Source: an uncultured beta proteobacterium
GTDB taxonomy: Bacteria > Pseudomonadota > Gammaproteobacteria > Burkholderiales > SG8-41
Assembly (NCBI GenBank): GCA_963829085.1
Contig: CAWHHJ010000006.1
Coordinates: 239,398 to 303,397, forward strand
Length of the DNA stretch: 64,000 nt
Direction of reading: 5' to 3'
Made by a program: the position numbers and the translations under genes. This document shows positions 18,403-28,150 of the stretch, one piece after another. Below the pieces are notes generated by a model. The model was not told where the DNA came from. It saw only the letters and a list, made by a program, of their open reading frames with translations, and did no database searches. Position 1 is the first letter of the stretch, and each line of letters begins with the position of its first letter.

Positions 18403-19365
18403 ATGCCGAATCGCTTCCGATTGTCGCTGTTGCTTGCCGGCGCACTCTCGGCGCTTGCGCAAGCGCAGACATATCCCGATCATCCGCTGCGACTCGTGGT
18501 GCCGTTCGCAACGGGCGGCACGTCGGATATTCTGGCGCGCTTCGTTGCACCACCGCTGTGGGCGGCGCTCGGTCAACCCGTCGTGGTAGACAATCGACCT
18601 GGCGCGGGCAGCAACGTCGGCAATGAAATCGTCGCAAAGGCGCCTGCCGACGGCTATACGCTGCTCATGGCAACGCCGGCGCTCGCGAGCAATCAGGCGC
18701 TGTACGGAAAGCTGAACTACGATCCGATAGCGAATTTCACGCCAGTCACGCTGGTTGCAGAAATTCCAATCGCGCTCGTCGTGCATCCCAGCATGCCGAC
18801 GAAAAGCGTGCGTGAGTTGATCGCACTTGCCAAAGCGCAGCCGGGGAAACTCAACTTCGGCTCGTCCGGCAATGGCGGCATTGGACATCTGGTCGGCGAG
18901 ATGTTCAAAAGCGCCACCGGAATCAACATGGTTCACGTGCCGTATAAGGGCAACGGACCGGCGCTCGTCGATTTGATGAGCGGCGTACTGAATCTGACCT
19001 TCACGGATATCGCCGGCGGCATGCCGTACATCAAGGCGGGCAAGATGCGGCCGCTCGCGATTGCGAGCAAGCATCGCAGCACGCAGCTTCCGGCCGTGCC
19101 GACGATGATCGAAGCGGGCGTGCCGGGCTTCGAGGCGAGCACCTGGTTTGCTGTGTTTGCGACCGGAGGAACACCGCAGCCTGTGATCAACCGCCTCAAC
19201 ACGGAGATCGTGAAATCGCTGCAGTCGCCGGACATGCGTGACAAGCTCACGAACCTGGGGTGCGAAGTCGTCGGCAACAAACCGGAAGAGCTCGCTGCGT
19301 TTCTCAAAGCGGAGATGGCCAAGTGGAGCAAGGTCATCAAGGAATCCGGCGCCAAGATCGACTGA
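18403..19365 (+). CDS. Bug/TctC-family periplasmic solute receptor
   Basis: MPNRFRLSLLLAGALSALAQAQTYPDHPLRLVVPFATGGTSD. Confidence 0.9.
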   Translation: MPNRFRLSLLLAGALSALAQAQTYPDHPLRLVVPFATGGTSDILARFVAPPLWAALGQPVVVDNRPGAGSNVGNEIVAKAPADGYTLLMATPALASNQALYGKLNYDPIANFTPVTLVAEIPIALVVHPSMPTKSVRELIALAKAQPGKLNFGSSGNGGIGHLVGEMFKSATGINMVHVPYKGNGPALVDLMSGVLNLTFTDIAGGMPYIKAGKMRPLAIASKHRSTQLPAVPTMIEAGVPGFEASTWFAVFATGGTPQPVINRLNTEIVKSLQSPDMRDKLTNLGCEVVGNKPEELAAFLKAEMAKWSKVIKESGAKID

Positions 19366-19384
19366 CGATAGCGCGAATCGAACG

Positions 19385-20284
19385 GTGCTGCCCAGCCACA
19401 CGCGTTACGAATTTTCGATGATCGATCGCCGCCCGGTTTACGACTGGCCGGACGGCAAACGCCTCGCGTTTTATATCGGCACCAACGTCGAATACTTCGC
19501 GTTCGGCACGGGCGTCGGCTCTGATCCAGCGTTCGGCAGTGGCGGCCGTCAAACCCAGCGCAATTACGCCTGGCGCGACTATGGACACCGCGTCGGGATC
19601 TGGCGGCTGTTTGATCTGCTCGATGAATTGAAGCTTCCTGCCGCACATAACTTGAGCAGCCTCATGTGCACGCATCGACCGGAGATCGTCGAGCGCATGC
19701 GTGCACGCGGCGACGAAATCATCGGTCACGGACGCACGCAGTCCGAACGGCAGATCGCGATGTGGGAAGACGATGAGACGCGCATGGTCGCCGAATCCAC
19801 CGCTGCTATCCAAGCCGCCTATCGCACGCGGCCGTACGGCTGGATGGGTCCGGGCATGTCGCATACACCGGTCACCATCGATGTGCTGCAAGAGGCCGGT
19901 TACAAGTTCGTCATGGACTGGTGCTGCGATGACCAGCCGTTCTGGATGAAGGCACGCGCCGGCCGCATCCTATGCGTACCTTATCCGCTCGAAGTGAACG
20001 ACTCGGTCACGCTCCTCTTTCGTCAGCAGACTGCTAGCGAGTTTGCGGACATGATCGTCGACCAGTTCGATGAAATGATCGAGCAGTGCGTGAAGCGGCC
20101 GTTGGTGTGCACGATCGCGCTGCATCCAATGACGATGGGGCAGCCGTTCCGTCTGGGGCTTCTAGGCAGCGCTTTGAAGCACATCGCAAATCACCCGCAG
20201 CGCGATCGCGTCTGGTTTACGCTGCCGGGCAGGATTGCCGAACACTGCGCTGGACTTCCAGCCGGCATCGTGCCCGGAAGCTGA
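19385..20284 (+). CDS. Polysaccharide deacetylase family protein (PuuE/allantoinase-like fold), paralog 1
   Basis: The GTG at 19385 (or ATG at 19418) gives an N-terminus parallel to paralog 2. HTRYEFSMIDRRPVYDWPDGKRLAFYIGTNVEYFAFG..NYAWRDYGHRVGIWRLFDL. The upstream part of ORF 19238.. overlaps the Bug gene and is rejected. Confidence 0.7.
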   Translation: MLPSHTRYEFSMIDRRPVYDWPDGKRLAFYIGTNVEYFAFGTGVGSDPAFGSGGRQTQRNYAWRDYGHRVGIWRLFDLLDELKLPAAHNLSSLMCTHRPEIVERMRARGDEIIGHGRTQSERQIAMWEDDETRMVAESTAAIQAAYRTRPYGWMGPGMSHTPVTIDVLQEAGYKFVMDWCCDDQPFWMKARAGRILCVPYPLEVNDSVTLLFRQQTASEFADMIVDQFDEMIEQCVKRPLVCTIALHPMTMGQPFRLGLLGSALKHIANHPQRDRVWFTLPGRIAEHCAGLPAGIVPGS

Positions 20285-20295
20285 ATTTCATCGTA

Positions 20296-21195
20296 ATGAA
20301 ACTGCCTGAGCACAACCGCTATCCGTTTTCGATCATCGATAAACGGCCGGGCTACGATTGGCCCGCCGGCAAGCGGCTCGCGGTTTACATCACGATCAGC
20401 GTCGAGCATTTCGCGTTCGGCGCCGGCCTGGGCGAAGATATTTCTACGCTCGGCGCGCCGCAGACACAGCGCAATTTCGGCTGGCGCGATTACGGCCAGC
20501 GCGTCGGCCTGTGGAACATGATCGAGATGTTCGACGCGCTGAAACTGCCGATTTCCCATGCGGTAAACGGTCTCGTCTACCGAGAGCGCCCGGAACTCGT
20601 TGCGCGCCTGCATGCACGCGGCGACGAAATTATTGCGCATGGCCGCACCAGCTCCGAAATACAAAACGATATGTGGGAACACGACGAAGCACACTTGATT
20701 CGCGAAGTGACAGTGGCAATAACTGCCGTCGGCAGTAAGCCGCCCGCCGGCTGGCTCGGACCGGCCTTCGGCGAAACCCGCGTCACGATCGATCTGCTGA
20801 AAGAGAATGGCTATGAGTATGTGCTCGACTGGCCGGCTGACGATCAGCCGTTCTGGCTGACTACGCGCGCAGGGCCGCTCCTGTCGGTCCCCTACCCGCT
20901 CGAATTGAATGATGTCACCGCGTTGCTGCATCGCCGCCATGCTGCGCGCGAGTTTGCGGATATGGTCGTGAATCAATTTGAAGTAATGCTAAGCCAGTGC
21001 GCAAAGGAACCGCTCGTGTTCGCGCTTGGATTGCACGCTTATGTATCGGGGCAGCCGTTTCGCCTGCATGCGCTGCGCAAGGCGCTGGGGCACTGCCTCG
21101 CACACCGTGACATGGATCGCGTCTGGCTTGCACGACCCGGCCAGATCGCGCGGCATTGCATGAATCTGCCTGACGGCATATTGCCGCGACCTTGA
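20296..21195 (+). CDS. Polysaccharide deacetylase family protein, paralog 2 (tandem)
   Basis: MKLPEHNRYPFSIIDKRPGYDWPAGKRLAVYITISVEHFAFG..NFGWRDYGQRVGLWNMIEMFD. Collinear with paralog 1 over its whole length. Confidence 0.72.
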   Translation: MKLPEHNRYPFSIIDKRPGYDWPAGKRLAVYITISVEHFAFGAGLGEDISTLGAPQTQRNFGWRDYGQRVGLWNMIEMFDALKLPISHAVNGLVYRERPELVARLHARGDEIIAHGRTSSEIQNDMWEHDEAHLIREVTVAITAVGSKPPAGWLGPAFGETRVTIDLLKENGYEYVLDWPADDQPFWLTTRAGPLLSVPYPLELNDVTALLHRRHAAREFADMVVNQFEVMLSQCAKEPLVFALGLHAYVSGQPFRLHALRKALGHCLAHRDMDRVWLARPGQIARHCMNLPDGILPRP

Positions 21196-21200
21196 CTGAC

Positions 21201-22214
21201 ATGGCGAGTGAAGGACAGCTTCCGCGCGTCGTCGTGCTGTCAACCGGCGGCACGATCGCCGGCCGCGGCGAGTCTACGTTGAACCTCTCGGACTATAAGG
21301 CGGGCTCGCTGGAAGGCGAGCAACTCGTCGCCGCAGTCCCGGAGCTCAAGCAATTCGCTCGCGTGAATGTCGAACAGATTGCCAACATCGGCAGCTCGAA
21401 TATGACTTTCGCCGTGTGGCGCGCGTTGTCCGGTCGCGTCAACGCGCTCTTCGCGGAAGATCCAAACCTCGCCGGCATCGTGATCACGCATGGCACGAGC
21501 ACGATTGAAGAAACCGCGTATTTCCTCAATTTGACCGTCCGGCACGAGCGCCCGGTCGTGCTGGTCGGCGCGCAGCGACCCGCCACCGCATTGAGCGCCG
21601 ACGGTCCGCTGAACCTCGTCAATGCGGTGCGCACTGCGGCGAGTGAAGATTCGCGCGGACGCGGCGTCCTTGTCGTACTCAACGACGAAATCAACGCCGC
21701 GCGGGATGTAACCAAGAGCAACACCTATCGAGCGGAAACATTCCGTTCGGGCGAGCTCGGATTTTTGGGTTATGTTGATCAGGATAAAGTCGTTTACTAC
21801 CGTACGCCGGTAAAGCGGCACACGGTGCGTTCAGAGTTCGCTCTGCAGTCGATCGCTTCGTTCCCGGGAGTGGAAATCGTCTACTCATCCGTCGAATCGA
21901 ATTCAGCGCTGATCGTTGAGGCGCTGCAGCGGGCCGGCGTGAGCGGGATAATTTTTGCGGCGACCGGCGCCGGCTCGCTCTCCGACCCGGAAAAAGCAAT
22001 CGTCGAAACAAGCCTTCGCGAGTCACGCCGCACCGTATTCGTGCGCTCGACACGCGTGGCGAATGGCCGGGTAATCGGGCGCCCGGATTACGACAAGTTA
22101 GGCATCATTGCAGGCGACAACCTGAGCGCGCAGAAGGCGCGGATTCTTCTCATGCTCGCACTCGCGAGCACGAGCGAGCCGCGGCAACTCACGAGGATAT
22201 TCAATGAATACTGA
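21201..22214 (+). CDS. Type II L-asparaginase/glutaminase (AnsB-like), no signal peptide
   Basis: VVVLSTGGTIAG, ITHGTSTIEETAYFLNLT, GVLVVLNDEI..RDVTKSNT and C-terminal RIFNEY align by eye to E. coli AnsB. The N-terminus MASEGQLPR has no hydrophobic leader. Confidence 0.88.
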   Translation: MASEGQLPRVVVLSTGGTIAGRGESTLNLSDYKAGSLEGEQLVAAVPELKQFARVNVEQIANIGSSNMTFAVWRALSGRVNALFAEDPNLAGIVITHGTSTIEETAYFLNLTVRHERPVVLVGAQRPATALSADGPLNLVNAVRTAASEDSRGRGVLVVLNDEINAARDVTKSNTYRAETFRSGELGFLGYVDQDKVVYYRTPVKRHTVRSEFALQSIASFPGVEIVYSSVESNSALIVEALQRAGVSGIIFAATGAGSLSDPEKAIVETSLRESRRTVFVRSTRVANGRVIGRPDYDKLGIIAGDNLSAQKARILLMLALASTSEPRQLTRIFNEY

Positions 22215-22318
22215 AAACGCCGGCGGCTTTGGGATGACGCGGTAAAACCGCGTATCATATTTGCATGCGTGCGGCGCGATTGCAGTAACCGGTTTACGAT
22301 ACCAAACGGGGAGATTGA

Positions 22319-23257
22319 ATGCGTACGATTTCAGCATGGATGCTGGCCGCGACAATAGCCGCTGTCTCAGCGCCGGCCGTCTCACAGCAAAGCGGGACGC
22401 TCAAGAAGATTGCCGAGAAAAAAACCATCACGCTCGGGGTACGCGACGGCGCGGATCCATTTTCGTATCTCGACGCCAAACAGCAGTACATCGGCTATTC
22501 AGTCGATCTGTGCACGAAGATCGTAGACGCCGTCAAAACGCAGGTCAAACTGCCGGACCTTGCGGTCACGATGACGAGAGTGACGCCGCAGATGCGCATG
22601 CAGATGCTGATGTCCGGCGACATCGATATGGAATGCGGCGTATCCACCAACACGCTCGAGCGCCAGAAATCAGTCGCCTTCACGGTGACAACGTTTTTCA
22701 CCGGCACGCGCCTGATCGTCAAGCCCTCGTCGCTGATCCGCAATTACAAGGACCTTAAAGGCAAAACGGTGGTCGTTACTACGGGGACGACGAACGAACA
22801 CGCGATCAAAGAATACAACCTTGCGGAATCGCTCGGCATGCGTTTTATGCAGGTAAGGGAGCACCGCGATGCACTCGCTGCGGTCGAGAAAGGCACCGCC
22901 GTCGCTTTCCCGATGGACGATGTGCTCTTGTATACGATGCGCGCGAACGCAGCAAATCCACCCGAATACGTGGTCGTGGGTGACTTTCTGACCGATGAGC
23001 CTTATGCCATCATGTTGCGCAAGGACGATCCCGCCTTTAAAAAGCTTGCGGACGACGCGCTCATCGCACTTTTCAAAAGCGGCGAAATCAACAAGATTTA
23101 CGCGCGCTGGTTTGAATCACCGATTCCGCCGCGCAACGTGAACCTGATGATGCCGATGAACAATACGCTCAAGAAACTGATCCGCAGCCCGAACTCGGAC
23201 GGCGTCGACGCATGCGGCCGCATGCAGTGCACAATGAGGTCGCTGCGCGAGTTTTGA
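22319..23257 (+). CDS. Glutamate/aspartate-type ABC-family periplasmic binding protein (GltI-like), orphan, paralog 2
   Basis: Signal peptide MRTISAWMLAATIAAVSAPAVS. MECGVSTNTLERQK, VVVTTGTTNE, EPYAIMLRKDDPAFKKL, ARWFESPIPPRNVNLMMPM. No ABC membrane or ATPase genes nearby. Confidence 0.85.
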   Translation: MRTISAWMLAATIAAVSAPAVSQQSGTLKKIAEKKTITLGVRDGADPFSYLDAKQQYIGYSVDLCTKIVDAVKTQVKLPDLAVTMTRVTPQMRMQMLMSGDIDMECGVSTNTLERQKSVAFTVTTFFTGTRLIVKPSSLIRNYKDLKGKTVVVTTGTTNEHAIKEYNLAESLGMRFMQVREHRDALAAVEKGTAVAFPMDDVLLYTMRANAANPPEYVVVGDFLTDEPYAIMLRKDDPAFKKLADDALIALFKSGEINKIYARWFESPIPPRNVNLMMPMNNTLKKLIRSPNSDGVDACGRMQCTMRSLREF

Positions 23258-23264
23258 GGCAGTC

Positions 23265-24239
23265 CTACTGCGGCTTTACCCCCGCATCCTTGACGATTTT
23301 TCCCCACTTCGGAATTTCCGCTTTCAGGAATTCCGCGAACTGCTCGGGCGTGTTGGCGACCACGAAAAGTCCCTGACCGGCCATGCGCTCTTTGACGTCC
23401 GCACCGCTCAATGCAGCAACGGAGTCCGCATTCAGCTTCGTGATGATTTCACGCGGCGTAGCAGCCGGTGCGAATAGCCCGAACCACGTGCTCGCTTCGT
23501 AACCCGGCAGGCCCGATTCGGCGGCGGTCGGAATGTCCGGCGCAGTTGCGACACGCTGGCGGCTCGTAACGGCAAGCGCGCGCAAACGGCCGCTTTGCGC
23601 CTGCGGCAATCCCACCGGCAGGTTTGAGAACACCATCGAGATCTGGCCGCCGAGCGCATCGGCGATCGCGGGTCCTTCGCCTTTATACGGCACGAACAGC
23701 AGATCGACTTGCGCCGCGAGCTTGAAGAGTTCACCGGCCATATGCGGCGTGCCGCCCGATGCAGCGCCGAAGGTCAACTGACCCGGCCGCGCTTTCGCGA
23801 GCGCGATCAGGTCCTTCACAGATTTAACCGGCAGCGACGGATGGATCACGATCACAAGCGGCGACACAGCGATTTCGGTAACGCCCACGAAATCGCGCGC
23901 CGCGTCGTAATTGAGTTTGGTATACATCGCCGGCACGACCGCCTGCGATGTTTGGGAACCCACCAGCAGCGTATAACCGTCCGGTGCGGACTTGGCGACG
24001 TATTCAGTACCGATGATTCCGCTCGCGCCAGTACGATTATCGACGATGAACGACTGGCCCGCGCGCTCGGTAAGTCGTTGTGCAAGTATGCGCGCGGTTA
24101 AATCGACGCCGCCGCCCGCCGCGAATGGTACGACGATACGCACGGGCTTGGCGGGATACGCCTGTCCGAGTGCCGCTGATGCAAAGCATGACAGCAGCAC
24201 TGTGCCCGTCGCGATAGTAGTTGAATGCGCACGCAGCAT
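23265..24239 (-). CDS. Bug/TctC-family periplasmic solute receptor
   Basis: MLRAHSTTIATGTVLLSCFASAALGQAYPAKPVRIVVPFAAGGGVD. Confidence 0.9.
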   Translation of the reverse strand: MLRAHSTTIATGTVLLSCFASAALGQAYPAKPVRIVVPFAAGGGVDLTARILAQRLTERAGQSFIVDNRTGASGIIGTEYVAKSAPDGYTLLVGSQTSQAVVPAMYTKLNYDAARDFVGVTEIAVSPLVIVIHPSLPVKSVKDLIALAKARPGQLTFGAASGGTPHMAGELFKLAAQVDLLFVPYKGEGPAIADALGGQISMVFSNLPVGLPQAQSGRLRALAVTSRQRVATAPDIPTAAESGLPGYEASTWFGLFAPAATPREIITKLNADSVAALSGADVKERMAGQGLFVVANTPEQFAEFLKAEIPKWGKIVKDAGVKPQ

Positions 24240-24317
24240 CGCCGGCTCTCCTCTCCGATAAAGTCCTCTCAAGCTGCGCTAGTTTACCTTGCGGCACGAT
24301 CGCGAAATGCGACCGGG

Positions 24318-25103
24318 TCAGCGGCGCTCGAGGAGCTCGCCCGCCTTCAGCCTCGACGGATAACTCACGAGCTCGTAAACCGTCCAGTCGCCGCGCATTA
24401 ACTGATCATTGCGCAGCAGCAGGCCGCCCTCACCGCCTCCGCTGCGGCTGGTGTCGATCCAGTTGGAGTTGCGTTCCATGCGCACACTGCGTCCGAGGCC
24501 GGGCGAATACCACTCAACCTCTTCAATGTTGGTTTCGCGCAGGAAGCTGTCAAAGTCTCCTGCATACACGCGGCGCGTGATCTTGATTGTGTCGAATGCA
24601 CCCGCCGGCGTCATGATGCGCTCGGCGCCAACGACGCGACCATCGACACGCACGCTGACCACCCTGCGCGTCGCAGGATCCGACGCATTCACACGCATCG
24701 ACCATGTCCTGCCAAAGTCGAGCGGAAAAGGATACGCAGGATAAGGCGGTGCGAAATCGTATTCAACCTGGCGGTCGTGATTGACCACAGGATGCCGCAG
24801 CCAGTTGCCGTCCGGCGTATAGACCTCGTTGTGAGGAACCCCCGCGTATGGAGAACTCGTCGTAACGGAGACGAATACATAATTAGGATCGACCTTGTCG
24901 ACGCGATATTGGATATCGCCGCGCGGTTCGCTGTTGTAGGCGTTGAGCGCTCGATAAACAGTTACATCTCCTACGTGCGGCGGCGGAGGTGGCGACCCGA
25001 CGACCACGCTCGTCACCGGGCCGGCGACCGGCGCGCCGACCGGAGTTATACATCCCGCGATGATTACTGCGATGAAGGCTAACAACAATGTGCGAAGCTG
25101 CAT
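24318..25103 (-). CDS. Hypothetical lipoprotein
   Basis: Internal Met. MQLRTLLLAFIAVIIAGCITP is a good lipobox, followed by a PPPPPH stretch; no family recognised. Confidence 0.6.
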   Translation of the reverse strand: MQLRTLLLAFIAVIIAGCITPVGAPVAGPVTSVVVGSPPPPPHVGDVTVYRALNAYNSEPRGDIQYRVDKVDPNYVFVSVTTSSPYAGVPHNEVYTPDGNWLRHPVVNHDRQVEYDFAPPYPAYPFPLDFGRTWSMRVNASDPATRRVVSVRVDGRVVGAERIMTPAGAFDTIKITRRVYAGDFDSFLRETNIEEVEWYSPGLGRSVRMERNSNWIDTSRSGGGEGGLLLRNDQLMRGDWTVYELVSYPSRLKAGELLERR

Positions 25104-25593
25104 GGGGAACTCTGGGCTGATTGAGGAAAGTGCCGGCGGCGATGACGTGTTAGAGCGAATAACGTGACTCTCGTTCCTCCGCTTCAGCGTTCGGAGACTG
25201 AGGCAATCAAACCGCAACTGCGCCGCCTGCCATGCCACGAGACGATTTGACCAGTGTCGGCCTCGAACGTGTCATGCAGTTGTGCGGCGGACGGAAATCC
25301 GATCAACGATGTTCACCGGCTTGTTCGAATGCTCGTGTCGAGCTCCAGCACATGCAGGAGTGCCAAGGATACTGATCGCAATGATTGGCGCCGCAAGAGC
25401 ATGCAGACACATAGTATGCAGTAAATTTTCATTGACATAAATTTCCGTCCATCACCCATCACTCGAACCGTACCCGTTGGTGAGCTGCTCTCATATCGCG
25501 TTACACGGCGCTATCCATTAGACTTCGGTAGCGCGTCGCCGAGTGCAATCGCGATCCGCGCGACTTGCCGACAACTCACCTCCAATCGCCGTC

Positions 25594-27450
25594 ATGCACT
25601 TTCTCGAACAGGCCTCCGTATTTTTGTTAGTGGCCGTTTTGGTAGTCCCGCTTTTCCAGCGCTTGCGGCTTGGCGCGGTACTCGGCTATCTCGTCGCCGG
25701 GATGTTGGTCGGCCCATGGGGCGCCGGCATGGTGGGCCAAGTCGAATCGACATTGCAATTTGCCGAGTTTGGCGTCGTGCTGCTGCTGTTCCTGGTTGGC
25801 CTCGAGCTCGATCCCGCACGTCTATGGGCGCTGCGGCGACCGGTGTTCGGCATGGGCGGCGCTCAAGTCGCGGTAACAGGGGTCGTGCTTGGACTGCTCG
25901 GCATCTGGCTCGGGCTTGGCTGGCAGGCGTCACTCACTGCGGGTCTCGGCCTTGCGATGTCTTCCACCGCACTCGTGCTGTCGTCGCTCGCCGAGCGCAA
26001 ACAGATAGACACGACGCACGGACGACAAGCGTTCGCGATTCTGCTGTTTCAGGATCTTGCCGTCATACCGATGCTGGCGCTGTTGCCTTTGCTGGATGTA
26101 TCAGCCGCGCTATCCGACTTGAAATGGACGACAGCGGCGAAAGGCCTCGCCGCAATCGGCGTGGTCATAGGGGCTAGCCGGCTGTTGATCAGGCCCGCGC
26201 TAAGATTGATCGCAACGCATGGCAGCCGGGAGGTATTCACTGCTGCGGCCCTGCTCCTCGTTATCGGCGCCGCGCTCATCATGGAACGCATCGGACTATC
26301 GATGTCGCTGGGCGCTTTTCTTGCCGGCGTCCTGCTCGCAGATTCGGAATTTCGCCACGAGCTCGAGGCGGACATCGAGCCCTTCAAAGGACTGTTGCTC
26401 GGTCTTTTTTTCATCGCTGTGGGCATGAGTGCGAACCTCGGTCTGCTGACACAGAAACCGCTGCTGATTCTCGGTTTTGCCGTCGCTTTGCTCGTCATCA
26501 AATTCCTTCTGCTCTATGTGATAGCGCGGGTCGGCGGTGACAACAATGAAACGGCGCAGCGGCTGGCGATCGGCCTCGCCCAAGGCGGTGAATTTGCGTT
26601 CGTGCTGTTTGCCGCAGCGCAGGGCCTCGGTATTTTTGCGGCGGACATCTCGCAACTGCTCGTAGTCGTCGTTACGATCTCGATGCTGCTCGCACCGCTC
26701 ACATTCATGCTCCACGATCGTCTCTTCGCGCGATGGCTCGAAAGCCGCACCGAACCGGAATACGATACGATTAACGAGCCCGGTAACCCGGTCATCATCG
26801 CCGGCTACGGGCGTTTTGGGCAGATCGTCTCGCGGATATTGCGCATGTGCGGCATTCCTTTCACCGCACTCGACATCAGCTATCAGCAGGTTGACTTCGT
26901 GCGCCGGTTCGGCAACAAAATTTATTACGGCGATGCATCGCGGCTCGAGCTTTTACACGCCGCAAAGGCGGGCGAAGCGAATTTGTTCGTGTTGGCGATC
27001 GACGACGTCGAGGCTTCGGTAAAGACTGCCGCGCTCGTTCGCACAAATTTTCCGGCACTGCCGATACTCGCAAGGGCGCGCAACCGGGTCCACTATTTTC
27101 GCCTGCGCGACCTCGGCATCAAGACGATCTGGCGCGAAACGTTTCCAGCGAGTCTCGAGGTCGCACGCCAGGCGCTGCTGCGCAGCGGCCTCGGTGTAGC
27201 GGAGGCCGAGCGCGCCATTGCGATATTCAAACGACACGACGAGGAGCAGCTCGAGGCTCAGTATGCCGTCAACCAGGACGAAGAGCTCTTGATACAAACG
27301 TCCAAGCAGGCCGCCGATCAGCTCAAGGAGCTGTTCGAGTCCGATGTGATGCAGCCGTTAACACCGCGTTCGAAGCGCAAAGGCAGGCGGGCCGATACGA
27401 CTGCGGCCGCAGGAACCGAAGAATCTTCGCCGAATCGAGCGCACGGCTAG
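25594..27450 (+). CDS. Monovalent cation:proton antiporter-2 (CPA2) family, KefB/KefC-like K+ efflux protein with RCK/TrkA-N domain
   Basis: MHFLEQASVFLLVAVLVVPLFQRLRLGAVLGYLVAGMLVGPWG..., multiple TM segments, then the Rossmann motif VIIAGYGRFGQIV. Confidence 0.88.
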   Translation: MHFLEQASVFLLVAVLVVPLFQRLRLGAVLGYLVAGMLVGPWGAGMVGQVESTLQFAEFGVVLLLFLVGLELDPARLWALRRPVFGMGGAQVAVTGVVLGLLGIWLGLGWQASLTAGLGLAMSSTALVLSSLAERKQIDTTHGRQAFAILLFQDLAVIPMLALLPLLDVSAALSDLKWTTAAKGLAAIGVVIGASRLLIRPALRLIATHGSREVFTAAALLLVIGAALIMERIGLSMSLGAFLAGVLLADSEFRHELEADIEPFKGLLLGLFFIAVGMSANLGLLTQKPLLILGFAVALLVIKFLLLYVIARVGGDNNETAQRLAIGLAQGGEFAFVLFAAAQGLGIFAADISQLLVVVVTISMLLAPLTFMLHDRLFARWLESRTEPEYDTINEPGNPVIIAGYGRFGQIVSRILRMCGIPFTALDISYQQVDFVRRFGNKIYYGDASRLELLHAAKAGEANLFVLAIDDVEASVKTAALVRTNFPALPILARARNRVHYFRLRDLGIKTIWRETFPASLEVARQALLRSGLGVAEAERAIAIFKRHDEEQLEAQYAVNQDEELLIQTSKQAADQLKELFESDVMQPLTPRSKRKGRRADTTAAAGTEESSPNRAHG

Positions 27451-27459
27451 GGAAAGACG

Positions 27460-28050
27460 ATGAGCGCCGCACGGACGACCGCATCTGCTGACGGGCGCAA
27501 GCGATGCGCCTGGGCACGCACACCGCTTGGTATCGCATATCACGACACGGAATGGGGTGTACCGCAGCACGACGACACCATCCTCTTCGAATTTATCACG
27601 CTCGAGGGCGCGCAGGCCGGTCTCTCCTGGGAGACGATACTCAACAAGCGCGAAGCGTACCGCCGGGCGTTTTGCGATTTCAACTATGCAAAGGTCGCAC
27701 GATTCACGCCGCAGAAGATAGAGCGCTTGATGCGAAATTCAGGCATCGTGCGCAATCGTTTAAAAATTACGAGCACCGTTAGCAACGCACAGGCATTTCT
27801 TGCAGTGCAGCGCGAGTTCGGAACTTTCGATGCCTATGTCTGGCGGTTTGTGGCGGGCAAGACGAAGACGAACCGTTGGAAGACGCTCGAGCAAGTGCCT
27901 GCAACCACGCTCGAATCCGACGCCTTGAGCAAAGACCTGCTCAAGCGCGGTTTCCGATTCGTCGGATCGACGATCTGTTATGCGTTCATGCAGGCGACCG
28001 GCATGGTCGATGATCACACACGTGATTGTTTCCGCAGCGGGAAACGGTGA
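27460..28050 (+). CDS. tag: DNA-3-methyladenine glycosylase I
   Basis: YHDTEWGVPQHDD..LFEFITLEGAQAGLSWETILNKREAYRRAF...IVRNRLKI...CYAFMQATGMVDDH. Confidence 0.9.
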   Translation: MSAARTTASADGRKRCAWARTPLGIAYHDTEWGVPQHDDTILFEFITLEGAQAGLSWETILNKREAYRRAFCDFNYAKVARFTPQKIERLMRNSGIVRNRLKITSTVSNAQAFLAVQREFGTFDAYVWRFVAGKTKTNRWKTLEQVPATTLESDALSKDLLKRGFRFVGSTICYAFMQATGMVDDHTRDCFRSGKR

Positions 28051-28150
28051 TGCCTTGAGTTGGGCACGATCGGCTTCGTTCGCTGCTATGGCGTTAGTCC
28101 GTTTGACAGCGTCAACCAATTGTAAGTAGACGGCTCGTGCGTGACGCGCG

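Noticed and set aside
19238-19384. N-terminal extensions of track ORFs that overlap the preceding gene. This one is the example; others are 20086-20295, 54165..55331 upstream of 55157, 29765..31303 upstream of 31159 and 1861-2025.
   Set aside because: The extensions are low-complexity, overlap well-supported upstream genes, and internal starts with an RBS and proper signal peptides or paralog-matched N-termini exist.
22237-22253. Hairpin ACGCGG-TAAAA-CCGCGT after the asparaginase gene as a possible terminator. There is also an 8-bp imperfect hairpin near 28678-28700.
   Set aside because: The stems are short, no U-tract follows, and for the first hairpin the next gene continues on the same strand.
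25272-25412. 46-aa minus-strand ORF (MCLHALAAPIIAISILGTPACAG...) in the long spacer before the kefB/C-like gene, superficially lipoprotein-like.
   Set aside because: It has no RBS and a non-canonical lipobox (T-P-A-C), and is too short to judge without conservation data.
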